Below, piece after piece: positions 7,178 through 16,434 of a stretch of DNA of 24,000 nucleotides. The position numbers and the translations under genes were made by a program. The stretch is from Actinomycetales bacterium. Lineage in GTDB: Bacteria > Actinomycetota > Actinomycetes > S36-B12. Each line of letters opens with the position of its first letter. Positions within the stretch are counted from its first letter, which is position 1. The notes beneath the pieces are model-generated. The model was not told where the DNA came from. It did not search any database and saw nothing but the letters and a program-made list of their open reading frames with translations. The stretch is taken from NCBI GenBank assembly GCA_018970765.1, contig JAGWVT010000005.1, positions 28,867-52,866 on the forward strand, written 5' to 3'.

Positions 7178-9145
7178 GTGACCTACGACGCGAGCGCCAT
7201 CACCGTCCTGGAGGGCCTGGATGCAGTACGAAAGCGCCCCGGCATGTACATCGGCTCCACCGGAGAGCGCGGGCTCCATCATCTGGTTTACGAAGTCGTG
7301 GACAACTCCGTCGATGAAGCCATGGCGGGTTACGCAACGCTAATCGATGTCACCCTGCTCGCTGACGGTGGTGTCCAAGTTGTCGACAATGGCCGCGGTA
7401 TCCCTGTCGACATGCACCCGGTTGAGAAGCGACCAGCCGTCGAGGTCGTACTCACCGTGCTTCACGCCGGTGGCAAGTTCGGGGGTAGCGGCTACTCGGT
7501 GTCCGGTGGTCTACACGGGGTCGGCGTGTCGGTGGTGAACGCCCTATCGACGCGCTTAGACATTGAGATCCACCGTGATGGCCACGCCTATCGGCAAACC
7601 TACGCGAACGGTGTGCCCACGGCGCCACTAGAACACGGCGAGGCGGTCACCGATACCGGAACCGCAGTGCGCTTCTGGGCCAATGGTGACATTTTCGAGA
7701 CGACGCACTACGACTTCACAACCCTGGCCCGTCGCTTCCAAGAGATGGCCTTTCTCAACAAAGGGCTCACTCTTTCCCTCACGGATGAGCGGACAATCGA
7801 AACCCCCGTTTCAGATGAGGCCGAAGAAACCGTCCGTCAGGTTACCTATCACTACGACGGGGGCATCGCCGATTTCGTGCGCCACATCAACGCCAGCAAG
7901 GGCCCGTCACATCCATCGGTCATCGAGATAGCTGCTGAGAGCGAGGTTGCCAACAGCGGCCAACAGATGAGCGTTGAGGTGGCACTGCAATGGAACACGA
8001 CCTACGCCGAGTCGGTCTACACCTTTGCCAACACGATCAACACCACCGAGGGTGGTACCCACGAAGAAGGATTCCGAGCTGCGTTGACCACACTGGTCAA
8101 CAAATTCGCTCGCGAGTGGAACATCCTGAAGGACAAGGATCCGAATCTTTCTGGAGAAGACGTACGTGAAGGCCTCGCTGCGATCGTCAGCGTCAAACTC
8201 CGCGACCCCCAATTCGAAGGGCAGACTAAAACCAAGCTCGGCAACACCGAGATGAAGGCTTTTGTTCAAAAAGTCGTCAATGACCAACTCGGCGAGTGGT
8301 TTGAAAAGAATCCTTCCGAGGGGCGTGACATTGCGCGCAAGGCAGTTAACGCCGCAACGGCACGAATCGCGGCTCGCAAGGCTCGAGATCTCGCACGAAA
8401 CCGCAAAGGCCTTCTTGGCGGCGCCGGCATGCCTGGCAAGCTCATCGACTGCTCGAGTCGCAATCCAGAGGAATGTGAACTCTTTATCGTCGAGGGTGAC
8501 TCTGCCGGTGGTTCAGCCCGTCAAGGCCGCGACCCACGAATCCAGGCCATCCTGCCGATTCGCGGCAAGATCCTGAATGTTGAGAAAGCACGTATCGATC
8601 GAGTGCTGCAAAACAACGAGGTCCAGGCGTTGGTCTCCGCAGTGGGTACTGGTGTCCAGGACGAATTCGACCTGAACCGTATGCGGTACCACAAGGTGGT
8701 GCTCATGGCGGACGCCGATGTGGATGGCCAGCACATTCGAACACTGCTGCTGACCCTGCTGTTCCGATTCATGCGACCCCTCATCGAACAAGGTCACACA
8801 TTCCTTGCCCAACCACCGCTGTACAAGATCAAGTGGTCAAGGGAGACGGCTGACTTTGCCTACTCAGATCGTGAACGCGACGCAATCATCGAAGCTGGAA
8901 TTGCCGCGGGCCGCCGACTCCCGAAGGACGAAGGCATTCAGCGCTACAAAGGCCTCGGCGAAATGAATGCCGATGAACTCTGGGAAACCACCATGGATCC
9001 CGATCGAAGGGTCCTCCTGCAGGTGACCTTAGATGACGCGGCGCAGGCCGATGAGATGTTCTCAGTCTTGATGGGCGAGGACGTCGAATCCCGTCGCGCG
9101 TTCATTCAACAGAACGCACGTGACGTGCGCTTCCTTGATATCTAG
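7178..9145 (+). CDS. gyrB: DNA gyrase subunit B
   Basis: 655 aa with a GTG start preceded by AAGGAG 8-9 nt upstream. Contains the GHKL ATPase motifs [17 protein letters not shown] and GGLHGVG, the Toprim motifs [17 protein letters not shown] and DADVDGQHI, and the C-terminal RYKGLGEMN. Confidence 0.97.
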   Translation: MTYDASAITVLEGLDAVRKRPGMYIGSTGERGLHHLVYEVVDNSVDEAMAGYATLIDVTLLADGGVQVVDNGRGIPVDMHPVEKRPAVEVVLTVLHAGGKFGGSGYSVSGGLHGVGVSVVNALSTRLDIEIHRDGHAYRQTYANGVPTAPLEHGEAVTDTGTAVRFWANGDIFETTHYDFTTLARRFQEMAFLNKGLTLSLTDERTIETPVSDEAEETVRQVTYHYDGGIADFVRHINASKGPSHPSVIEIAAESEVANSGQQMSVEVALQWNTTYAESVYTFANTINTTEGGTHEEGFRAALTTLVNKFAREWNILKDKDPNLSGEDVREGLAAIVSVKLRDPQFEGQTKTKLGNTEMKAFVQKVVNDQLGEWFEKNPSEGRDIARKAVNAATARIAARKARDLARNRKGLLGGAGMPGKLIDCSSRNPEECELFIVEGDSAGGSARQGRDPRIQAILPIRGKILNVEKARIDRVLQNNEVQALVSAVGTGVQDEFDLNRMRYHKVVLMADADVDGQHIRTLLLTLLFRFMRPLIEQGHTFLAQPPLYKIKWSRETADFAYSDRERDAIIEAGIAAGRRLPKDEGIQRYKGLGEMNADELWETTMDPDRRVLLQVTLDDAAQADEMFSVLMGEDVESRRAFIQQNARDVRFLDI

Positions 9146-9191
9146 GGCTTGATATCCAAGCCGTGGTACCTAGTACACGAAGGAGCTACCG

Positions 9192-11759
9192 GTGCCTGAT
9201 GACGTAACCCCAGTTGAAGGGGAGGTCGATGGCCACGAACTTGTGATGAGTCCATTGGGACACGGACGCATCGAGCCCGTTGATCTCCAGACGGAGATGC
9301 AGCGGTCGTACCTCGACTACTCCATGTCAGTCATCGTTTCGCGGGCGTTGCCTGATGTTCGTGACGGCCTTAAGCCCGTTCATCGCCGTGTCCTTTACGC
9401 CATGTATGACGGGGGATACCGACCTGACCGTAACTTTTCTAAGTCAGCGCGAGTTGTCGGTGACGTCATGGGCAACTATCACCCCCACGGTGACACTGCC
9501 ATCTATGACGCACTCGTTCGTCTGGCCCAACCCTGGTCATTGCGGTACCCACTTGTGCAAGGCCAAGGAAACTTCGGATCACCAGGCAACGATCCCCCAG
9601 CGGCCCAGCGCTATACCGAATGCCGTATGGCATCGCTGGCCATGGAAATGGTGCGCGATATCGACGAGGAAACCGTCGACTTCGGCCCGAACTATGACGG
9701 CCGCACGGCCGAACCGCTGGTACTACCCAGTCGTTTTCCGAACCTCTTGGTCAACGGCAGCTCAGGTATCGCCGTGGGTATGGCGACGAATATTCCTCCA
9801 CACAATCTGCGGGAGGTAGCTGCCGCTGCCCGTTGGGTGCTCGAGCATCCGGATGCCGAACGCGAGGAGCGTCTCGAAGCGCTGCTTGGTCTCGTGAAGG
9901 GCCCTGACTTTCCAACGGGCGCGAGCATCGTCGGGCGCAAGGGAATCGAGGACGCATATCGCACTGGGCGCGGATCGATCACCATGCGTGCTTCGATCAC
10001 CGTCGAAGAGGATGCACGAGGACGCCAGGTCCTCACCGTCACTGAACTGCCGTATCAAGTCAACCCCGACAATTTGCTGCTGCGCATCGCGGAACTTGTT
10101 GGTGAGGGCAAACTCACTGGAATTGCCGATATTCGCGATGACTCGTCTTCACGGACGGGTATGCGTCTGGTCATCGAACTTAAACGTGATGCAGTCGCGA
10201 AGGTTGTGTTGAATCAGCTCTACCGACATACCCAACTCCAAGACAACTTCGGTGCCAACATGCTGGCACTAGTCGACGGAGTACCGCGGACCTTGACCCT
10301 TGAGCAGTTCATCCGTTTCTGGGTCGCTCATCAGCTTGAGGTCATCCAGCGACGGACGCAGTACCGACTCCGGAAGGCCGAGGAGCGCGCGCACATCCTG
10401 CGCGGCTACCTGAAGGCCCTAGATGCCTTGGACGATGTGATCGCGCTCATTCGGCGGTCTCAGACGGTTGAGGATGCTCGCACCGGATTGATGTCGCTGC
10501 TTGATATAGACGAGATTCAGGCCACTGCGATTCTGGATATGCAGCTGCGTCGTTTGGCGGCCCTTGAGCGACAGAAGATCATCGATGAGTTCGATGAGCT
10601 CATGGCAAGGATCACCGACTACCAGGACATCCTTGGGTCACCGGAACGCCAACGCAGCATCATCGCGGACGAACTTGCGGAAATCACGGAGCGCTATGGC
10701 GATGAACGGCGCACAGGCTTCATCTCTGAGGAAGGTGACCTCTCCGAAGAGGACCTCATCGCGGATGAAACGATGGTTGTGACCATCACGTCTGGTGGCT
10801 ATGTGAAGCGCACCAAAGCCGACTCATATCGCGCTCAACGCCGTGGCGGACGGGGAGTACGAGGTGCAGCCCTTCGCCAAGACGACGTGGTTGAGCACCT
10901 CTTCGTAGCAAGCACTCATCAGTGGATTCTGTTCTTCACCAACAAAGGTCGGGTTTATCGAGCTAAGTCATACCAACTTCCGGAAACGGCACGCGACGCC
11001 CGGGGTCAGCACGTGGCGAATCTCTTGGCTTTCCAGCCCGATGAGGGAATTGCCACGGTCTTGTCACTACCCGCTTACAACCCAGATCAGAGTTTGGTGA
11101 TTGCAACACGACGCGGCATGGTGAAGAAGACTCGACTACCTGAGTACGACACGAATCGCACTGGCGGCATCATCGCCATAAACCTCGCCGACGAGGACGA
11201 AGTAATCGCTGCGCGGTTGGTGGCCGACAACGATGACCTGTTGTTGGTCTCACGGAAGGGCATGAGCGCAAGGTTCTCTGCTGGCGACGGGAGCCTACGG
11301 CCGATGGGACGGGCAACGAGTGGGGTCATCGGTATGCGTTTCAGGGGGGATGACGCGCTTCTAGCCATGGAGGTCATCCAGCCTGATTCAGCAGTGGTCA
11401 CCGTCACCGACGGCGGATTCGCCAAGCGCACCCCGGAGCAGGAGTGGGTACCTAAAGGCCGCGGTGGATTGGGTGTGCGCGCCATGCGGCTCGTAGAGGA
11501 CCGAGGATCGCTGGTCGGTGCAGTCGTTTGCTCACCAGAGGATCAACTCTTCGCGATTACCTCGAATGGCGTCGTGATCCGTACCCGAGTCAGCGAGATA
11601 CGTCCGTCCGGACGTGACACCATGGGTGTTCGGTTAATGAACCTGCCCGATCAAGACAGCGTTGTGGTCGTCACGAAGGCCGCGGACGAAGAGACGGCAG
11701 TGGAGGTTGAACAAGGAGACGGGCAGGTGGACGGGCAGGTGGAAGGGGCTCTTACGTGA
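9192..11759 (+). CDS. gyrA: DNA gyrase subunit A
   Basis: 855 aa with a GTG start preceded by GAAGGAG. Contains [12 protein letters not shown], the [21 protein letters not shown], the catalytic-Tyr region [10 protein letters not shown], and C-terminal beta-pinwheel repeats including a GyrA-box-like [10 protein letters not shown]. Confidence 0.97.
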   Translation: MPDDVTPVEGEVDGHELVMSPLGHGRIEPVDLQTEMQRSYLDYSMSVIVSRALPDVRDGLKPVHRRVLYAMYDGGYRPDRNFSKSARVVGDVMGNYHPHGDTAIYDALVRLAQPWSLRYPLVQGQGNFGSPGNDPPAAQRYTECRMASLAMEMVRDIDEETVDFGPNYDGRTAEPLVLPSRFPNLLVNGSSGIAVGMATNIPPHNLREVAAAARWVLEHPDAEREERLEALLGLVKGPDFPTGASIVGRKGIEDAYRTGRGSITMRASITVEEDARGRQVLTVTELPYQVNPDNLLLRIAELVGEGKLTGIADIRDDSSSRTGMRLVIELKRDAVAKVVLNQLYRHTQLQDNFGANMLALVDGVPRTLTLEQFIRFWVAHQLEVIQRRTQYRLRKAEERAHILRGYLKALDALDDVIALIRRSQTVEDARTGLMSLLDIDEIQATAILDMQLRRLAALERQKIIDEFDELMARITDYQDILGSPERQRSIIADELAEITERYGDERRTGFISEEGDLSEEDLIADETMVVTITSGGYVKRTKADSYRAQRRGGRGVRGAALRQDDVVEHLFVASTHQWILFFTNKGRVYRAKSYQLPETARDARGQHVANLLAFQPDEGIATVLSLPAYNPDQSLVIATRRGMVKKTRLPEYDTNRTGGIIAINLADEDEVIAARLVADNDDLLLVSRKGMSARFSAGDGSLRPMGRATSGVIGMRFRGDDALLAMEVIQPDSAVVTVTDGGFAKRTPEQEWVPKGRGGLGVRAMRLVEDRGSLVGAVVCSPEDQLFAITSNGVVIRTRVSEIRPSGRDTMGVRLMNLPDQDSVVVVTKAADEETAVEVEQGDGQVDGQVEGALT
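11718..11741 (+). repeat. perfect 12-nt tandem duplication GACGGGCAGGTG x2 inside the gyrA 3' end
   Basis: Unit 1 is 11718-11729 and unit 2 is 11730-11741. Together they encode DGQV-DGQV in the acidic C-terminal tail. Confidence 0.9.
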
Positions 11760-12142
11760 GCGTCGATGTGCAGTCGCGGCACGCTCGACTGTTCATCTCA
11801 CGCGTTGACCCTTGGTCAGTAGCCAAGGCAGCCTTCATGATGTCGCTCGGTGTTGCCGTGATCATTGTGGTGGCCATTAGTGCCCTGTGGTTTGTGCTGG
11901 ACTTCACTGGTGTCTTCGTGACGGTGACCCGTAACCTCAATGAAGTCGTTGGCAGTGCTGCCTCAAACGTCGACCTCATGAATCTGCTGGATTTCACGCG
12001 TGTGCTCGGCATCGCAGTCATCATTGGGGCGCTTGAGGTCATCCTCGTTTCACTACTGGCGGCCATCTTCGCGGTGATGTACAACCTGACTGTCGGTCTG
12101 ACCGGGGGCGTAGAAGTAGTCCTCACAGACGTGATCAACTGA
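11756..12142 (+). CDS. DUF3566 domain membrane protein (Rv0007-position protein)
   Basis: 128 aa whose GTG start overlaps the gyrA stop (GTGA). Contains [18 protein letters not shown] followed by two hydrophobic helices and [15 protein letters not shown], the pattern I recall for DUF3566. The gene is conserved directly after gyrA in actinobacteria. Confidence 0.8.
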   Translation: MSVDVQSRHARLFISRVDPWSVAKAAFMMSLGVAVIIVVAISALWFVLDFTGVFVTVTRNLNEVVGSAASNVDLMNLLDFTRVLGIAVIIGALEVILVSLLAAIFAVMYNLTVGLTGGVEVVLTDVIN

Positions 12143-12222
12143 CCACACGAGGTAATGAGGGGCCCCGGTTCACCGGACACAGCCCTCGTGGCGGAAGTCA
12201 GATCCGGTAGTCTTCACCGCAC

Positions 12223-12297
12223 GGGCCTATAGCTCAGCTTGGTTAGAGCGCTTCCCTGATAAGGAAGAGGCCGGTGGTTCAAGTCCACCTAGGCCCA
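12223..12297 (+). tRNA. tRNA-Ile (anticodon GAT)
   Basis: A cloverleaf can be read by hand. The acceptor GGGCCTA pairs with TAGGCCC. The anticodon stem CTTCC/GGAAG carries the loop CTGATAA. The T arm is GGTGG-TTCAAGT-CCACC and the discriminator is A. No CCA is encoded. Confidence 0.93.
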
Positions 12298-12353
12298 CTC
12301 GAGCCAATTAGGCGCATACCCCTTCGCCAAGATCCGTCGGGTATCGTGACGCC

Positions 12354-12479
12354 GTGAAGAAGTTGTTGATCCTGGGGATCGTGGCCGGTGTTGGCTACGT
12401 CATCTACCGGCAGGTCATGGCAAACCGAGCTGAGCAGGACCTATGGTCCGAGGCGACGGCCGAACCTGATCTGCGGTGA
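12354..12479 (+). CDS. small membrane protein resembling the actinobacterial DLW-39 family (41 aa)
   Basis: Too short for the supplied ORF track. GTG at 12354 gives MKKLLILGIVAGVGYVIYRQVMANRAEQDLWSEATAEPDLR, with TGA at 12477-12479. It has one N-terminal hydrophobic helix followed by the RAEQDLW motif. Codon third positions are G/C-biased like the neighbouring genes. From memory, the tRNA-Ile/tRNA-Ala interval is the usual location of this family. Confidence 0.65.
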   Translation: MKKLLILGIVAGVGYVIYRQVMANRAEQDLWSEATAEPDLR

Positions 12480-12483
12480 CCCT

Positions 12484-12556
12484 GGGGGCTTAGCTCAGTT
12501 GGTAGAGCGCTGCCTTTGCAAGGCAGAAGTCAGGGGTTCGAGTCCCCTAGCCTCCA
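12484..12556 (+). tRNA. tRNA-Ala (anticodon TGC)
   Basis: The acceptor GGGGGCT pairs with AGCCTCC and contains the G3:U70 wobble pair that is the alanine identity element. The anticodon stem CTGCC/GGCAG carries the loop TTTGCAA. The T arm is AGGGG-TTCGAGT-CCCCT. No CCA is encoded. Confidence 0.94.
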
Positions 12557-12622
12557 CAATGTGATCGCTGCCTCGGCAGGGCATCAGGAACCCGAATTTG
12601 TCCGACATCAACACACTCGCGA

Positions 12623-13201
12623 TTGGACTCATCCGTGGCCGGAACAACTGACAGCAATGCAGGGCACCGACTCACTTCACTCAACGCGGTGATCCACACC
12701 ACTAAGGGCGACATTGACATCATCTTGTTTCCCGACCACGCACCCAAAACGGTGCGCAACTTTACGGGTCTGGCAGAGGGCAACCAAGAATGGACGGATC
12801 CAAAGGCTCGCACCAAGACAACGCGTGCGCTCTATGACGGCACAATCTTTCACCGAGTGATCCCCGGCTTCATGATTCAGGGCGGTGACCCACTCGGCAC
12901 CGGTACCGGCGGACCGGGGTATCGGTTCGCTGACGAATTTCACCCTGAACTCACGTTCGACCGTCCGTACCTGCTGGCCATGGCTAATGCCGGCCCCGGA
13001 ACCAATGGCTCGCAATTCTTCATCACCGTTGCACCAACTGCTTGGTTGAACTTCAAGCACACGATCTTCGGCGAGGTAGCAAACCAACAGTCACGTGATG
13101 TGGTTGATGTCATCGCCGGTGTGCCCACGGCCGCACAGGACCGTCCCGTCGACGAGGTCATGATCACCTCGATCGACGTACACCGTGTAGCTGGTGACTG
13201 A
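12623..13201 (+). CDS. ppiA: peptidyl-prolyl cis-trans isomerase, cyclophilin type
   Basis: 192 aa containing [56 protein letters not shown] and HTIFGEV. The start is uncertain: the track start at 12623 is TTG, and an in-frame GTG at 12635 is an alternative. Confidence 0.92.
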   Translation: MDSSVAGTTDSNAGHRLTSLNAVIHTTKGDIDIILFPDHAPKTVRNFTGLAEGNQEWTDPKARTKTTRALYDGTIFHRVIPGFMIQGGDPLGTGTGGPGYRFADEFHPELTFDRPYLLAMANAGPGTNGSQFFITVAPTAWLNFKHTIFGEVANQQSRDVVDVIAGVPTAAQDRPVDEVMITSIDVHRVAGD

Positions 13202-14048
13202 ACAACCACCCAGCGCCGCGCCGACGGCGCAGCCCTGCCCGGTACACCCGGACCGGCTGACCCTGATCAACTGCACACGATGTGGGCGCCCCATTTGCCC
13301 TGACTGCATGGTGGCTGCACCTGTCGGTTTCCAATGCCCTGAATGTGTCCGTGGAGCGGCGGCAACGACTCGAACCGCGGTGACAGTTGCGGGCGGCGTT
13401 CCAATAACCCGTCCCGTTGTCACGTTCATCTTGATCGGGCTCAACCTCACGATCTTCGGATTACAGTTCCTTGCCGGCATTAACGAAGTCGCTGGCAGTT
13501 TCGGAATGTGGCCGGTCTCTATCGCGCTAGAAAATTCATGGTTCCGTCTACTCACCAGCGCGTTTCTCCATGGCTCAATCCTGCACATTGCTTTCAACAT
13601 GTACGTGCTGTTTGCCCTGGGACCAACCCTGGAACGCATCCTTGGTCACGTCAGGTTCATCGTGCTCTACCTCGTGGCAGCAGTTGGCGGTTCAGTGGTC
13701 TCCTACGCACTGTCTGATCCACAAACTGTGTCCGTTGGTGCAAGTGGCGCGATCTTTGGACTCATGGGCGCACTTGTCGTGGCTGGTCGCCGCTTGCGAT
13801 ACGACATCCGCCAGGTGATCATCCTGCTGGTTATCAATGTGGTGATCGGTTTCCTGGCGCCAGGTGTGGATTGGAAGGCCCATCTCGGTGGATTGGTGAC
13901 GGGCGCGGCGATGGCGGCCGTACTGGTCTGGATGCCAAGGAAGAATCGGCTGCTCTGGCAGGTCCTTGGCACCGCTGCGATCCTGCTTCTTCTTGTCGCT
14001 GTCACCCTCTGGCGAACAACGCAACTGCGTGACATGCTCATTACGTGA
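13194..14048 (+). CDS. rhomboid family intramembrane serine protease with N-terminal zinc-ribbon
   Basis: 284 aa with a GTG start overlapping the ppiA stop by 8 nt. The N-terminus [38 protein letters not shown] carries four Cys-x2-Cys/His pairs. Six predicted TM helices carry the rhomboid motifs [19 protein letters not shown] (catalytic Ser) and AHLGG (catalytic His). Confidence 0.9.
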   Translation: MTEQPPSAAPTAQPCPVHPDRLTLINCTRCGRPICPDCMVAAPVGFQCPECVRGAAATTRTAVTVAGGVPITRPVVTFILIGLNLTIFGLQFLAGINEVAGSFGMWPVSIALENSWFRLLTSAFLHGSILHIAFNMYVLFALGPTLERILGHVRFIVLYLVAAVGGSVVSYALSDPQTVSVGASGAIFGLMGALVVAGRRLRYDIRQVIILLVINVVIGFLAPGVDWKAHLGGLVTGAAMAAVLVWMPRKNRLLWQVLGTAAILLLLVAVTLWRTTQLRDMLIT

Positions 14049-15214
14049 GTCATTTACGTGACGCGGTGATCGTTGGCGCGGTGCGAACGCCGGTGGGTAT
14101 CGGTAAACCGGGCAAGGGCGCCTTCGCTGGAATTCATCCAGTGGATCTATCGGCCAAAGTACTCAGCGGTCTCATGGACCGAACCGGCGTTGAGGCAACC
14201 CAAATTGACGATGTCATCTGGGGGTGTGTTTCGCAGGTCGGTGAGCAGTCCGCAAACGTGGCACGTAATGCGGCACTGGCTGCCGGTTTACCGGAACAAG
14301 TCCCTGGCGTCACCGTCGATCGGCAGTGCGGCTCTAGTCAGCAGGCAGTCCACTTTGCTGCCTCTTCGGTCATCGCTGGCCACATGGATGTCGTCATTGC
14401 AGGTGGGGTCGAGTCCATGTCGCGGGTGCCGATGTTCTCCAATGCAGCTGGGGGAGACGGCCCCTTTGGCCCAATGATGCTGGAGCGCTACCAAGGCCGC
14501 CTCGTACCGCAGGGTTTGAGTGCCGAGATGATCGCCCAGCAGTGGGGTCTTACTCGACAGGTTTTGGATGAGATCGCCTGCGCCTCGCACCAGCGCGCCG
14601 CCGAAGCATCACGTGAGGGTGCCTTCCACGATGAGATCCTCCCCATCGGTAACGGTGCATCCCTGGTGGCGACAGACCAAGGCATCCGGCCAGACACCTC
14701 AATGGAGGGGCTGTCCGCACTCAAGCCGGCATTCATCCCTGACGGCGTAGTCACGGCAGGCAATGCCTCACAGATCTCCGATGGTGCCGCCGCACTCTTG
14801 ATTACGACCAGCCAACGGGCAACAGAACTTGGTTTGCGCCCACTTGCCCGCATTCACAGCGTGGCGATGGCTGGGGTTGACCCAGTGATCATGCTGACCG
14901 GGCCGATACCGGCGACCGCGAAAGTCCTGCAGCGGGCCGGCCTTTCATTGGCGGATATTGGAGCCTTCGAAATCAATGAAGCCTTCGCGAGCGTCATCGG
15001 CGCTTGGCTTGCCGAGACAGGCGCAGACCCTGCGCTTGTGAACCCAACGGGTGGTGCCATCGCCCTAGGGCACCCACTCGGCGCCTCTGGAGCACGCCTC
15101 ATGACGACACTGGTCCACGGTCTGCAGCGCACCGGGGCGCGCTATGGCCTGCAGGCCATGTGCGAGGGCGGCGGGATGGCCAACGCGACGATCCTGGAGC
15201 GCCTGGACCCCTAG
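14045..15214 (+). CDS. thiolase (acetyl-CoA C-acyltransferase/acetyltransferase family)
   Basis: 389 aa with a GTG start overlapping the rhomboid stop (GTGA). Contains the nucleophile-Cys motif VDRQCGSSQQA, NEAFA, GHPLGASGARL (His) and the C-terminal CEGGGMANA (Cys). Confidence 0.92.
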   Translation: MSHLRDAVIVGAVRTPVGIGKPGKGAFAGIHPVDLSAKVLSGLMDRTGVEATQIDDVIWGCVSQVGEQSANVARNAALAAGLPEQVPGVTVDRQCGSSQQAVHFAASSVIAGHMDVVIAGGVESMSRVPMFSNAAGGDGPFGPMMLERYQGRLVPQGLSAEMIAQQWGLTRQVLDEIACASHQRAAEASREGAFHDEILPIGNGASLVATDQGIRPDTSMEGLSALKPAFIPDGVVTAGNASQISDGAAALLITTSQRATELGLRPLARIHSVAMAGVDPVIMLTGPIPATAKVLQRAGLSLADIGAFEINEAFASVIGAWLAETGADPALVNPTGGAIALGHPLGASGARLMTTLVHGLQRTGARYGLQAMCEGGGMANATILERLDP

Positions 15215-15284
15215 TTGAAAACCCGCGCGAGCGTGGGGCGGATGGTGGATGTGGGACCTGGAGTGAAGAACGTGTTCGTTGAAT

Positions 15285-15311
15285 TGTGGACAAACTGAGC
15301 CTGTTTCCACA
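15285..15311. terminator. hairpin in the convergent thiolase/crgA gap, a possible bidirectional terminator. Its left arm is a perfect DnaA box
   Basis: TGTGGACAAAC (15285-15295) pairs with GTTTCCACA (15303-15311) with one bulged C, around the loop TGAGCCT. No U-tract is present on either side, so terminator function is only inferred from position. Confidence 0.25.
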
Positions 15312-15370
15312 GGCTATCCCCAGGTGGGGAAAACTACACGCTTGTGATTCGTTGCCCCAAGTGTGCTGGG

Positions 15371-15637
15371 CTAGCGCCAACGGGTGGCGAGCACAAACCC
15401 CACGATGATGAACCCGAATCCAATCGCGACATTAATCAGCGGACTTAGATCCTTCATCCCCGGAATCTGGCTACCTGCGATATAGAACACGACGATGTAC
15501 AACATCCCGAGCACGAAGCAAGCAACCATGGTCGGTGCCAGCCAACTTGGTGAGCCGATGCGCGCAACCTTGCGCTCCCCGATCCCTGAGGGACCCTGGA
15601 AGCCCACCTCACGCTTGCGCCTTTTGGACTCAGGCAT
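15371..15637 (-). CDS. crgA: cell division protein CrgA
   Basis: 88 aa whose ATG is preceded by AAGGAGGG. The basic N-terminus MPESKRRKRE is followed by two TM helices and the conserved C-terminus IGFGFIIVGFVLATRWR. Confidence 0.92.
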   Translation of the reverse strand: MPESKRRKREVGFQGPSGIGERKVARIGSPSWLAPTMVACFVLGMLYIVVFYIAGSQIPGMKDLSPLINVAIGFGFIIVGFVLATRWR

Positions 15638-15778
15638 GGTCCCTCCTTCGTGAAGACATCTATCCGATGTAAGTAACAGGCCGATCCCTCGCTGCTCCGC
15701 AATCGAGCACCGCTCTGCTCGAGGTGCTAAAAGTGCTCATCGCACAATACCGGGCCGGGGTGCACCGATACCCCCAAG

Positions 15779-16432
15779 ATGACGCACAATGGCATGGCTA
15801 TGACCCGGGTTCTAGTGATCGACAATCGAGACTCATTCGTTCACAACCTGGTGGACTACCTGCGGCAACTGAATGCCGAGGTCGATGTCGTTGATGGCAC
15901 CGTTGACCTGCCTGCACAGGTGCTCCAATCCGTCACCAAGGCACCCTTTAGGTACGACGGAGTGCTGCTGTCGCCCGGACCCGGCACCCCTGAGGCCGCC
16001 GTGGTCAGTAGGCAAATTGCGATGGGGGCAAGTCTGCCGCTTCTCGGTGTCTGCCTCGGCCATCAAGTAGTCGCAGTTGCGTTTGGAGGCAGCGTCGGGA
16101 ATGCCCCAGTGTTGGTGCACGGGAGGGCTTCAAAGGTTCACCATGACGGGGGTGGAATCTTCGAGGGTTTACCGAGCCCGCTCGCAGCCGGGCGCTACCA
16201 CTCCCTGGCAGTTGACCCAACAAGAATTCCGACCGCACTGGAAGTCTCTGCCCGGACACCCGACGGGATCGTCATGGGACTTCGCCATCGAAGTCGACCT
16301 ATCGAGAGTGTGCAGTTCCACCCGGAATCGATTCTGACGGAGCACGGACACACCATGCTTCGCAATTGGCTGGACATGGTGGAGCGTTACGCAGAGTCCC
16401 AGGAAGTCCTAGGAAGTCCTAGGCAGTCTTAG
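15779..16432 (+). CDS. trpG: class I glutamine amidotransferase, anthranilate/aminodeoxychorismate synthase component II
   Basis: 217 aa containing RVLVIDNRDSFVHNLV, LSPGPGTP, the catalytic Cys in LLGVCLGHQ, and SVQFHPESILTEHG. Alternative ATG starts lie at 15794 and 15800 (MTRVLVIDN). The symbol is given by analogy to Rv0013 synteny. TrpG cannot be separated from PabA on sequence alone. Confidence 0.88.
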   Translation: MTHNGMAMTRVLVIDNRDSFVHNLVDYLRQLNAEVDVVDGTVDLPAQVLQSVTKAPFRYDGVLLSPGPGTPEAAVVSRQIAMGASLPLLGVCLGHQVVAVAFGGSVGNAPVLVHGRASKVHHDGGGIFEGLPSPLAAGRYHSLAVDPTRIPTALEVSARTPDGIVMGLRHRSRPIESVQFHPESILTEHGHTMLRNWLDMVERYAESQEVLGSPRQS

Positions 16433-16434
16433 GG
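16401..16434. repeat. 10-nt tandem repeat x3 (AGGAAGTCCT AGGAAGTCCT AGGCAGTCTT AGGG) spanning the convergent trpG/pknB stop codons
   Basis: Read directly from the sequence. Units 1 and 2 are identical, and unit 3 has two substitutions. Confidence 0.85.

Noticed and set aside
6367-7282. Long minus-strand ORFs 6367-7053 (228 aa) and 6779-7282 (167 aa) over the DUF721 gene and gyrB leader
   Set aside because: They are antisense to a syntenic gene and run into the gyrB start. Their Arg/Pro/Gly-rich, low-information composition suggests GC-driven open frames rather than genes.
9480-9512. GyrA QRDR ([11 protein letters not shown]) inspected for fluoroquinolone-resistance substitutions
   Set aside because: Thr at the E. 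coli Ser83-equivalent position and Asp at the Asp87-equivalent position are wild-type states in various bacteria. Without a reference for this species, no resistance claim is justified.
11752-12180. 142 aa minus-strand ORF opposite the DUF3566 gene
   Set aside because: The plus-strand product carries the DUF3566 pattern and is translationally coupled to gyrA. The antisense product is Ser/Thr/Arg/Met-rich with no motif.
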